Assembly (NCBI GenBank): GCA_965261735.1
Contig: OZ253470.1
Span: forward strand, 288,001 to 352,000
DNA from: Alphaproteobacteria bacterium
Lineage (GTDB): Bacteria > Pseudomonadota > Alphaproteobacteria > SHVV01
Direction of reading: 5' to 3'
DNA: 64,000 bases
Shown here: positions 19,939 through 32,325 of the stretch, in pieces
How the letters are laid out: every line of letters begins with the position of its first letter
Position numbering within the stretch: the first letter of the stretch is position 1
Notes under the pieces: model-generated
Databases searched by the model: none
What the model was told of the DNA's origin: nothing
Seen by the model: only the letters and a program-made list of their open reading frames with translations
Made by a program: the position numbers and the translations under genes

Positions 19939-21269
19939 GGGGTACCTCCTTGTCCGGAAACCTGTTCGGAATTGCGCTCCGCGCCTGGTGCCGGAACGCC
20001 TGTCAGCTCGCGGAATCCCGCATGCGTCATCGCCTCCGGCGCCACGGGACGGCCATGCAGGCGCCATCCCCCGCCGGCAATGCGGCCCAGCGCTGTGATC
20101 TCGAGTCTTGCGAGGCCGCCGGAAACGCGGAATAGATCGGCGAGGTGTGACAACGGGCCGGAATGGCCGATCCGAACGGTCCAGCCACCTTGTGGGCCGC
20201 GTGCGTAGTCGATCCTCGCCCCACGAAGGCCAAGTTCACGGTCGACAGCACGGCGAAACACAAGAAAGGAAAGTGGCGCGCCGTCAGAGATGCGGAGCAC
20301 GAGGCCCAATGGCAGGACTGCCCAGGCGCGGGCATCGATCACGGACGCGGCGTACCAGCGCGACAGATGTTGCTCGGCGAGTTGCCGGTGCAGAGGCTCG
20401 GCGTGGCCGGGGCCAAGCCGCCAGCGCACCAGCATGACCGCGCGGCCCGCCAGTTCGGGGCGGAGCGCGGCAAGTTCGGGATCGGTGAAGCGTGCGGCGC
20501 AGGTAAGGCTCTCGATCCTCCAGGCCGGCAGCCAGGGCGGATAATCGATCAACGCCCGCCGGCAGGCTTCTATCAGCGCGGCGCTATCGACCGCTACCGC
20601 CAGATCCGGGTCGGTTGGCGGAGCGGCGGCGACCACGGGTTCCGATCCGGCGATCCAGTCCACGAGCGCATCGCGCTGGAGCCAGGCGATCCACACACCA
20701 GCAATGGCGGCTGGCAACAGCAGGACCAGCGCCAGGTGAGCGCGCCCAATTCTCGTAAACGGCGCGCGGCGGAGCACATTCTCCGGCGCGGCGGCGAGCA
20801 GGGAAGCATCGAGTTCCGTGACATCGCGGTCCGCGCCGGCGGCGAGCAGCCCTGGCGTCGCATAGAGATCCCAGCCCAGTGCTCGCGCACGGTTGAAGGC
20901 TTCGACGGCAGCATCCCGAGTGGTAAAGACTTCATCGCCATCGGCGAGGACGGCGCCATCGCGCACCTTGATCAGCGCGTAATGCCCGGTATCGCCGGTA
21001 TCGGTTGAATTTTCCGTGGCCGCATCGCCCGCGACCAGAGCCATCCAGAATTCGCTCTCGATCGAATCGGCCAACGCCGGCGCCAGCGCCGGGAGCCCGT
21101 CGGGGAGATCGCCTTCGGCACCGCCGGCATAGCCGGTCTGACCCACCCGGTGTACGCACCAGGGCCGCGCGAAGCGGCGCGCGGCGCGCGCCGTGGTGGC
21201 CGCACCGGCCCGCTCCAACCAGTAGAGCCCTGCCGCGAAGGGCTGTCCGTAGATGACGAGCCTGCTCAA
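19935..21269 (-). CDS. pilO: PilO(2)-like type IVb pilus accessory protein
   Basis: N-terminal 'GQPFAAGLYW' PilO signature and a central TM. TTG start overlaps the pilN stop. Confidence 0.7.
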   Translation of the reverse strand: MSRLVIYGQPFAAGLYWLERAGAATTARAARRFARPWCVHRVGQTGYAGGAEGDLPDGLPALAPALADSIESEFWMALVAGDAATENSTDTGDTGHYALIKVRDGAVLADGDEVFTTRDAAVEAFNRARALGWDLYATPGLLAAGADRDVTELDASLLAAAPENVLRRAPFTRIGRAHLALVLLLPAAIAGVWIAWLQRDALVDWIAGSEPVVAAAPPTDPDLAVAVDSAALIEACRRALIDYPPWLPAWRIESLTCAARFTDPELAALRPELAGRAVMLVRWRLGPGHAEPLHRQLAEQHLSRWYAASVIDARAWAVLPLGLVLRISDGAPLSFLVFRRAVDRELGLRGARIDYARGPQGGWTVRIGHSGPLSHLADLFRVSGGLARLEITALGRIAGGGWRLHGRPVAPEAMTHAGFRELTGVPAPGAERNSEQVSGQGGTP

Positions 21270-22882
21270 AACGCCATCCCCCGGACTTCCGCGATGCCGA
21301 GCGGCGGGCCGATGTCGGCGGTTATTAGAAGCACCTGTTCGATGCGGGCCGTGGACGCCTTGCGCCCGCCGCCGGGCAACGGCAAATCGGCATCGAAGGT
21401 GCCCGAACGCCCGGCGGCAGTACTGCGGTCGGAAAACCCGGTCACCATCAGCGTCTCGCCGCGCCCGATCTTCTGCGTCACCTGAATGGCCCGGCTGGCG
21501 TAGGCCGGGAGCTGGATCGTCTGGCTGTTCGAGGTAAAAGCGGTGAAAGACGGGCGGTCGCGCAGGCTCGCGAACAGCCGCACCAGCACCTCGCCGGGAC
21601 CGGTGATGCGGGGCAGGTAGCTCACCGCGAAGCCCGAGGAGACCGTGCCTGGCACGAGCTCGGTCTGGGCGATGCCATCGCCTGCCGTGGTGCGCAGCTC
21701 GCGCAGATAGGCTTCCTGGAAGAGTTCGAAGAACTGCGCCGGCTTGCCGTTCAGCGATGGGATGTCGGCCGACAGCACCCGCGAGACCGCGCCCGCGCTG
21801 TTCAAGGCCTTCACCGTCGCCGACAGCGTATCGCCGCTCCCGCCGCCGGGGGAGGGCTTGATCAACGCCACCGCGTTTGCGCCCACCGAGACGCGCACCG
21901 CCTCGCCGAGCAGCCGGGCGATGGAGAAGCTCAGGCCGAGATCGTAATCCGCCTCGCGCTCGACGCGCACCGAATAGACATGCACCGACAATGTGACGGG
22001 GCGCAGCACCTCGCGGTTGAGATAGCCGAGGTACGCCCGCGCCCGGGCGATATCGCGGGGCGTGCCGCTCACCGTCACCGAGGCGCTCGATGGCGCCACC
22101 GACAGCCGCGTTCCCGGATCGAGCAGCTCTTTCAACTGGTCCTCGATCTCGGGCCACGGGTCGTAGTCCGTTTCGGTCGAGATCGACTGGCTGGTGAGGT
22201 TGCCGCCGCCGTCTCCGGCTGCGCTGTCCTGGGTCGAGGCCGACACCGTGTAGCGCTGCGTGCCGGCCAGCGCATGAATATGAAAGACCGCGTAACGGCG
22301 GCGCACGATCTCGATCGCTTGCCGGTCCGCATCGTAACGCCACTCGTAACCGTAAGGTTCGGTCCAGGCATCGAGCAGAGCGTCGAGCGGACCGGTCCAG
22401 ATTCCGCCGTCCGGCGACAACCCGTCGCGTCCGGCCGCGCCAAGGAGATGCACGGGCGGTTCGCCGCCCGTCGTCTCATCTGCCCGGCGCGGGGGACCGG
22501 CAAACCGCACCGCGAGGCCGGTCGCCGCCTCGATGCGTGCCATCAGTACCGCCGCAGCGCCGATCCCGGCCAGCGGCAGCGTTACCGCGTCCACGCGGCG
22601 AAAGCGCGCCGGCAGACCGGCGCGAGGATCGGGCTCGATCCGCGTCAATCCGACATAGGGCCGCCGCTCGATCAGGCGCACGCTGGATAGGCGCGGGCCG
22701 GCTTGCGGCGGCCGCAGGGCCGAGACCTGCTGCGCGACATCCCCGGTCTCCATCCTCGCGTGTTCGACCTCGGCCAGGCCGCAGCCCGCAAGCATGGCGA
22801 CCGCGAATGCGAAACAACCGGATCGCGCGAAACGGAAACGCAAACCCGGATGCTGGAAAGTAAACAGGCGTTCACCGGTCAT
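21266..22882 (-). CDS. pilN: PilN/BfpB-type secretin lipoprotein
   Basis: Lipobox LAGC; secretin domain 'SLNGKPA…ELVPGTVSSGFAVSYLPRI…IQLP…GETLMVTG'. Confidence 0.88.
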   Translation of the reverse strand: MTGERLFTFQHPGLRFRFARSGCFAFAVAMLAGCGLAEVEHARMETGDVAQQVSALRPPQAGPRLSSVRLIERRPYVGLTRIEPDPRAGLPARFRRVDAVTLPLAGIGAAAVLMARIEAATGLAVRFAGPPRRADETTGGEPPVHLLGAAGRDGLSPDGGIWTGPLDALLDAWTEPYGYEWRYDADRQAIEIVRRRYAVFHIHALAGTQRYTVSASTQDSAAGDGGGNLTSQSISTETDYDPWPEIEDQLKELLDPGTRLSVAPSSASVTVSGTPRDIARARAYLGYLNREVLRPVTLSVHVYSVRVEREADYDLGLSFSIARLLGEAVRVSVGANAVALIKPSPGGGSGDTLSATVKALNSAGAVSRVLSADIPSLNGKPAQFFELFQEAYLRELRTTAGDGIAQTELVPGTVSSGFAVSYLPRITGPGEVLVRLFASLRDRPSFTAFTSNSQTIQLPAYASRAIQVTQKIGRGETLMVTGFSDRSTAAGRSGTFDADLPLPGGGRKASTARIEQVLLITADIGPPLGIAEVRGMAF

Positions 22883-22985
22883 ACGCGTGGTGTCCCGTGC
22901 AGGTGGTTCGTGATCGCCGCGTCCGGCGAACCGGTGACCATGGCTTGCCGATGTCTCTTAAGCCGCGGGACGGCGAGGCCGCCCA

Positions 22986-23657
22986 TCACGCCGACTTCCG
23001 GACGGGACTGCCCTCGTCGGAAGTCGAGCTGTACCGGCGTTCCGCCGCCCACGCCTCGACATCGGCGCGGGCGTAGCGCACCCGGTTGCCGAACTTGTGA
23101 AACCTCGGACCCGCGCCGCTGACCCGGTAGCGGTCCAGCGTGCGCGGGCTCAGGCCCAGAAAGGACGCCAGCTCGCGCGTGCCCATGTACTGCCAGGCGT
23201 CGTCGCCCATGTCGTAATCTCCCTTGAAGATGTCTTGCGGGATCTCCTCGTCCCCGGACGCCATGGCCCGGATCGCCCGGACTTCCTCCGCGCTCGCGGC
23301 GCGCTCCATCGAGGCGCGCGCCTTGTCCACGGTGGCGAGCCGGGGCGATCCGCCCCGGCGCAGCCAGCTCACGAAGGACGGATTGCCGCTCGCTGCCCGG
23401 CCAAGTTCCGAGGACTTGGCCCCGGTGACCGCCAGGAACGCGTCGACCTCGCGCCGGAAGCCGAGCCCGATGGGTTCGAGTCCCATGAAGGCCAGTAGCC
23501 GGTCGGCGGTATCCAGGCGCGGCGAGCGGCCGCGGCCGAAGTCGGTGACGAAGGACGGATCGCCCAGCGCCGCCTCTCCGAACCGGGTGCGGCTCATGCC
23601 GCGCTTTTGGATGAAGGCCTCGATGGCCAGCCGCAGCGATGTTTGGAAACCTGTCAT
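22986..23657 (-). CDS. DNA-binding protein: two Cro-like HTH repeats fused to a C-terminal excisionase/AlpA-like HTH
   Basis: Repeats 'FGEAALGDPSFV…GRSPRLDTADR' and 'LGRAASGNPSFV…GGSPRLATVDK'. C-terminal 'MGTRELASFLGLSPRTLDRYRVSGAGPRFHKFGNRVRY'. Confidence 0.8.
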   Translation of the reverse strand: MTGFQTSLRLAIEAFIQKRGMSRTRFGEAALGDPSFVTDFGRGRSPRLDTADRLLAFMGLEPIGLGFRREVDAFLAVTGAKSSELGRAASGNPSFVSWLRRGGSPRLATVDKARASMERAASAEEVRAIRAMASGDEEIPQDIFKGDYDMGDDAWQYMGTRELASFLGLSPRTLDRYRVSGAGPRFHKFGNRVRYARADVEAWAAERRYSSTSDEGSPVRKSA

Positions 23658-23666
23658 GACCGAGAA

Positions 23667-23725
23667 CGTATGGGGAACATACGGCCTTGACAATATATTT
23701 TGATATTGAATACACTATGTATCAA
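23667..23725. promoter_or_regulatory. Overlapping divergent sigma70-like promoters and operator palindromes
   Basis: AT-rich island. + strand: TTGACA(23687)-18-TACACT(23711). - strand: TTGATA-17-CAAAAT. Inverted repeats CGTATG-n5-CATACG and TTGA(A)TACA-CTA-TGTATCAA. Confidence 0.6.
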
Positions 23726-23748
23726 CGTCAAACACGCGAAGGGCTACG

Positions 23749-24441
23749 ATGGAACGCGACCCGCTACGACAAAAAATCAAGGACCTGCTCTGGAAGCGCG
23801 GCCTCACCATGAAGGAGGCCTCCGCTGCCATCGGCCGCAGTCCGAGCTACATGCACCAGTTCCTGGAGCGCGGCACCCCGGCAACGCTCAACTACGGCGA
23901 CAGCGAAAAGCTTGCCGGGCTGCTAGGCTGCGGTGCGGGCGAGCTGCGCCCTGCCGAGGCGCCGAGGCGAAAGCCGCAGAAGCGCAGGCGGCGCACCCCG
24001 CCGGCCGCTCTTCCCGGCGCGCCGCTTGCCGCCATCCCCGAGATGGCGGTCGAGGCCGCCGCCGGAGCGGGGGCGGCAGGCGAGGAATTCGCCACCGAGA
24101 AAGCGCGTTGGTACCTGCCCGAGAGCATGATCCGTCACGAGGGCGATGCCGAACCCGGCAATCTCCGTGTCCTGCGCGCGCGCGGCGACTCCATGGAGCC
24201 CCTCGTCTCCGACGGCGACCGGCTGCTGGTCGACGTTACCCGCCGCGCGCCCGGCACCGGCGAGACGGCGGTGCTGTGGGACGGCACCGGCCTCGTGGTC
24301 AAGCGGGTCGAGGTCCTGCCCAACGCCGAGCCGCCCCGGCTCAGGCTGATCTCCGCCAATCCCGCGTACGAACCCTACACATGCCTGGCCCAGGACGCGC
24401 ACATCGTCGGCAAGGTCCTCTGGACCTTGAGGCGCATGTGA
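23749..24441 (+). CDS. CI/LexA-like repressor (HTH + S24 peptidase)
   Basis: N-terminal HTH, 'AAAGAGA' cleavage-site region, catalytic Ser 'GDSMEP', catalytic Lys 'VKRV'. Confidence 0.9.
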   Translation: MERDPLRQKIKDLLWKRGLTMKEASAAIGRSPSYMHQFLERGTPATLNYGDSEKLAGLLGCGAGELRPAEAPRRKPQKRRRRTPPAALPGAPLAAIPEMAVEAAAGAGAAGEEFATEKARWYLPESMIRHEGDAEPGNLRVLRARGDSMEPLVSDGDRLLVDVTRRAPGTGETAVLWDGTGLVVKRVEVLPNAEPPRLRLISANPAYEPYTCLAQDAHIVGKVLWTLRRM

Positions 24442-24566
24442 AGGCGGCGGGCCGGGCAATTTACACGCAAACACAAAGCCGATGATCGCATCCGCCCGAT
24501 AGCGGAGATACGACTGCAAACCACCGCGGAGCCCCACGAGACCAGACAGGCGCCGTAGAGGTCGAT

Positions 24567-24594
24567 GGCGATGAGGCGATGAGGCGATGAGGCG
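24567..24594. repeat. 8-bp tandem repeat (GGCGATGA) x3.5
   Basis: Read directly from the sequence. Confidence 0.85.
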
Positions 24595-24610
24595 TGGTGC
24601 GTCTTGCCGG

Positions 24611-24945
24611 CTAACTTGCCGTCGAAGGCGAGAAGGAGATCGCCCTCTCTGACCCGGGAGACGCGCCGCCGCCCTTCCTCCTACCCCTGTCCACGATCGC
24701 CCACAGATCGCGCACGCGGGCCACCGCTAATGGCAGTTCGAGGCCGAACGCCAGCCACAGAACCAGACCGCTGTCCGGATTGAAGGGCCCGGCGTGTGCG
24801 ATCCGCACCTGCGCCGCGGCGCTGACCCGTTCGATCTTCAGGACCAGGGCGCCGTCCGCCCGCCTCGCCGAACACCTTCGCCAGCGACGGCGCGCCACGC
24901 CTCTACATATTCGGGGTAGCGTCTCAAGAACCGCCAGGCGCTGGC
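24611..24945 (-). pseudogene. Relic of a DUF6499/DUF2285 (FseA-like) ICE activator
   Basis: 'SAWRFLRRYPEYVEAWRAVAG' resembles the AWEFLRRN motif. Frame is broken afterwards. Confidence 0.45.
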
Positions 24946-25621
24946 CGCGCCCGCGGTCGTCCTCTCACGGCTGATCGCCGGCTCCCTTCCCCGACGGTCA
25001 ACGCGGCGGCTGTGATCGTCTCCCATGCCCAAAGGCATGGCGTTGCCCGCCCCAATGCCGGATCGATTGGATTGAAGTTCCAGTCTCGACCCGCGCGTGC
25101 CGACGCGGACACGGCGGCATCCCTCCCGGATCCGTCCGTCATGCCGACGCTGCCATACGCGCCGGCGCCCCGCTACCGAGCGCCTACCACCGCGCCTCCA
25201 GCCTGAATGATCAAGTATGGGGGGCCAACTGCCCAGGTTGCCGGCCTTTAGAAAGGACATTGCGGCCGAGCGAAGCGAGTGTCGCGGTCCTGTTGGCGGC
25301 GAGGGAACCGCATTGCCTCACCAAAATGTTCCCGTCGACAGACTTGTTGCCTCTTCAGAAATGCTCTCGAATCCGAGGGGTTTTGGGACAAGGAAATGAG
25401 GAAGGTGTGCATGTCGACACGCAACGAGCCAATTAAGGCCTTGCGTCCGACATCAGGGCTGGGAGGTGTCCATTCCATTTCACCTGTGTCGTGGCTTCAG
25501 CCGGCCTGAAATACTTGCGCAAGCACGGGTTGAGAGACCCGGCAGCTCGTTGACCAGCCACCCGACGATCAGCTCGAGTAATTTCTTGCTCAGAGCCCGA
25601 TGGTTGCCGCACGTCGCGTTA

Positions 25622-28600
25622 CTACGCATTCAGCATTGTCCCGACGTAACTGTCCTTGTCCTCTTCCTGAAAGAGGACGTGCCGCCTCTGCATCTCGCTC
25701 TTCTCCATACCCCACTGGCCGCGCATCGTCGCGGAGGGTGTGTTCGACACGATGAAGGACTGCAGACTCACGGTCGGATCACCGAGCCGTTGCTCGATCT
25801 CCTTGATAGTCTCGAAGAACAGGATCTTCGGGTCGCTCGGCCCGAGATTCCGGATTCCCTTTGGGTCTACAAAGATGACCCGCTGCCGACCGCCCGCGAG
25901 CAACCACAAGATGAAATCAGGGTGGAAGTTGCCGGCTTCGAAAAAGCCAACGCCGCTGCCCGTGCTCAAGTTCCGTAGCAGATAGAGTTCGCGGGTCTCG
26001 AAGAAGTCTGGATGCCCGTCGTGGAAAGCCCGCAAATCCTCGACGAACTGTCGTTCGCCCTTGTTCAACGGCGCTGGGCTGACCTTGACGACATTCGTAT
26101 CCAGAAAGAGCAACGGCTGGTACAGGTGCTTGCTGAACCAGATAGCCTTCATGCCTCGGAATTCCCAAGGCTTCAGCTCGCCCTTACGGATGGCGGCTTT
26201 GAGTTCTCCGAGCTTAGCCACGATCTCCTCCTGAGACTTGTCGATTCGGATGCGATAGTAGCCCTCGTCCGGCGCCTCCTTCACACCGGGGAAGTTCGGG
26301 TCGTCGCCTTCCAGATCACGGTACTCGAGGTGAGGAAGCTCCCACTCGCGCTTGCGGAAGGTGTAGTAGCGCTCGGTATATTTCTTGAGCAGCGCAACGA
26401 CGATGTCCTCCCAGAGGCGCACCTTCTCGTAAGAATCCCCGACCAGTTCCTCCGCGGGAATCTGCAAGCGATACCAGCTTTGGTCGACAAGCAGGGCCTC
26501 GATTCCCTGTCGTGAGAGATTCAGGTTGTACCAGCCGCGCTCGGCCTTGAATCGTTCCAGATCGAAGTAAATGCGGTCGAGATCCAGGAAGGCCACATGG
26601 CGGGATGTCATGTGGGTCTCGTTCGGCGCGGCATGGGCATCGCCGCCAACCACCCCGCCCGATTTCATCGCCTGGATCTTCGGGTACCAGTTGAGCAGCA
26701 CTTGGTTTTTCTGGAGGTAAACGGTGTTCGGATCGCTGGCCGGGTCGGGCGGCGCGACGGTGGAGACGGGCGCGAGCTGGCGGAACGCATCGCCCGACTC
26801 GGTGCTTACGCCGTTGATCGTCTTCTTGAGCCGGATCGTCTTGAGCGTCTGGGTCCCGAAGTTCTTGATCACCGGCAACAGAAACTCTATGCGGTCGTCG
26901 TTGTCTGACAGGCCTTCCTCGTCGAGAAAATCCCGGAACTGCGCCATGTAGTCGGCTTGGATGCCGAAGATGCCGAGCGTCTCAAGCACGGCGATGTGTT
27001 TCGGCCGCTCGATCCCTTCGGGGAGCGGCGCCTTGTCGCTGCGCTTGAGGCTAAGGTCACAGCCCTTGAGCCGCACGCCGCGCCCGAAGAGCTGGATGAT
27101 TTGCGCGCCTTCCCCCTTGCCCACGTTCATTAGGCCCAAGGTCGAGACGCGCCAACTGCTCCAGCCCTCGGTGAACTTCTTCGAGCCGATCAGCAGGTGC
27201 ACCGTCGAATGCGGCCGGTTGATCTCGTGAAAGAGGGACCCCGAGAATTCGCGCTCGCCGGTGGTCAGGCCCTTCTCCTCGCACAGCTTCACCAGCCTGG
27301 CGTCGTCGCCCACGTTGATGACGCCGAAGGTTTCGTTCTCGGCGCCCAGCCGCAGGGCCACTTCGCCGGTCGCGCCCTTCAGGTTCTCGACACGGAGCTG
27401 GCCGCCGCCGGGAGCGTTGAAGAGCATCGCAAGCGTCTCATCGAAGACCTGCGCCGGCGAAAGTCCGCAGGCATTGAGATACGCGAAACGCCCAGCGAAC
27501 AGGTCCCTGCCTGTCGCGGTGACTAGGCCCTGATTGAGAACCCGGCCGATGCGCTGGATGCTGATCGCGCGGTCGGCCACATAACGAGCCAGGAACCACA
27601 ATATCTCAACGATGTCCGACGCGTCCTTCGTCGCGAGCGTCGCCGTTACCCGCCCGCCGACGAAGATCCAGAGAGGCTTCTCGATGTTGAACGGCCGGAA
27701 GGCGTCGCTTTGCTCGTGGTAGAGCCGCTGCTGCTGGAAGAACGACAGCAGGCAGGCCACAAGGTACAGCTCCAGGTGGTTCTGTTGCGTCCCTTGGTCG
27801 AGATTGAGGATCTGGTAGTCCTTGCCGAAGCCGTCTCCGTAGAAATAGCGGTACGAGTAGTCGCACAGCGTGCTCTTGGCATATAATTCGGTGAGTTTGG
27901 GGCTGCCCTTTACCGCTTGCCCGAAGGTCGCCGAGTACTCAAAGGAGAACCCTTTCTCGCACAACGCATTACGAAAGCGCATCCACGCGCCTTCTTCTCC
28001 GCCGCTGGCGCCGCGGTGCCCTTCATCGACAAGAACCAGATTGTTCCCCTCGAAGGCGTCGATGGCGATGGTCCTGTCACCCATCTCGTCGCGCAGCCGG
28101 GTCACTTCGAGGATCTCGACCGACTGCCCGCTGAACAGCCCGCGGCTGTCCTTGTCGAACAACTCGGCGGGGATGCCCGCCGCCTCAAACTCGCGCAAAT
28201 GCTGCCGCGAGAGCCCTTCGTTGGGCGTGAGCAGGAGAATGTGGTTCAGCTCGCGCCGCCGGCCGTGCCGGGTCAAGGCGTGCTGGTACTGAAGGATGTT
28301 GGCGTGCATAAGCAGGGTCTTGCCGCTGCCGGTGGCCATCCAGAAAGCGAGCTTGTTGAGCTGCGACCAGGCATCGGCGGTTTCGTCGAACGCGGCGATC
28401 CGGTCAGCCTCGGGCTTGTCCGAGTCATAGGTGGCTACCTGCACGTTCAGCTCTGCGAGTAGCGCTGTGGGATCGCGAAAGTAGCGGTCCAGGTAGATTT
28501 CGCTGAAGAGCAGGGCCAGGTACTGGAAATACTTCCAGACGATCGGCTCCTCGCCGCGGGTGATCCGCCGTTCGTTCAGCCGCTGCGTGTGCATGACGAT

Positions 28601-28839
28601 GTTCTGGTCGTATTCCAGCAGCAGCTCTGCGGGAAGGTGCGTCAGGTTGAGTTGGTGCGCCGTCAGCGCGTGGTGGAAGAGGTGGATATTGTTCTCATCC
28701 AGTCCTTCCAGCGCCTCGTCGCGCAGGTGCTCGGCCAAGTCCTCAAAGCGCTTTACGTTGAACAGCGACAGAAGCCACTGATTGAGCACCAGCTTGTGGG
28801 CGAACGGCGCCTGCGGCCGGTTGTTGGCGCGACGCGCCA

Positions 28840-28840
<1 letters not shown>
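25622..28840 (-). CDS. res: Type III restriction enzyme Res subunit (SF2 helicase + PD-(D/E)xK nuclease)
   Basis: [25 protein letters not shown]; 'FHPDFILW…VDPKG'. Start MARRANN overlaps the mod stop (TGATG). Confidence 0.9.
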
Positions 28841-32299
<3,459 letters not shown>

Positions 32300-32325
32300 G
32301 TGGCGTCTTCGTCCACTGATGGAAT

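Noticed and set aside
19935-22343. 802-aa ORF as a single protein
   Set aside because: The 5' part overlaps pilN out of frame. Homology starts at the TTG at 21269.
180-23000. Numerous long + strand and alternate-frame ORFs (e.g. 1247-2932, 3972-5282, 14674-16098)
   Set aside because: Arg/Pro/Ala-rich shadow ORFs typical of high-GC DNA, overlapping motif-supported minus-strand genes.
24567-24594. GGCGATGA repeat as CRISPR, iteron or phase-variation tract
   Set aside because: Only 3.5 contiguous units, no spacers, intergenic. No CRISPR array or cas gene was seen anywhere in the window.
24950-25620. Possible oriT or ncRNA in the long intergenic region (CTTGCGCAAG palindrome at about 25515)
   Set aside because: No recognisable nic consensus or extended structure; cannot be supported without a search.
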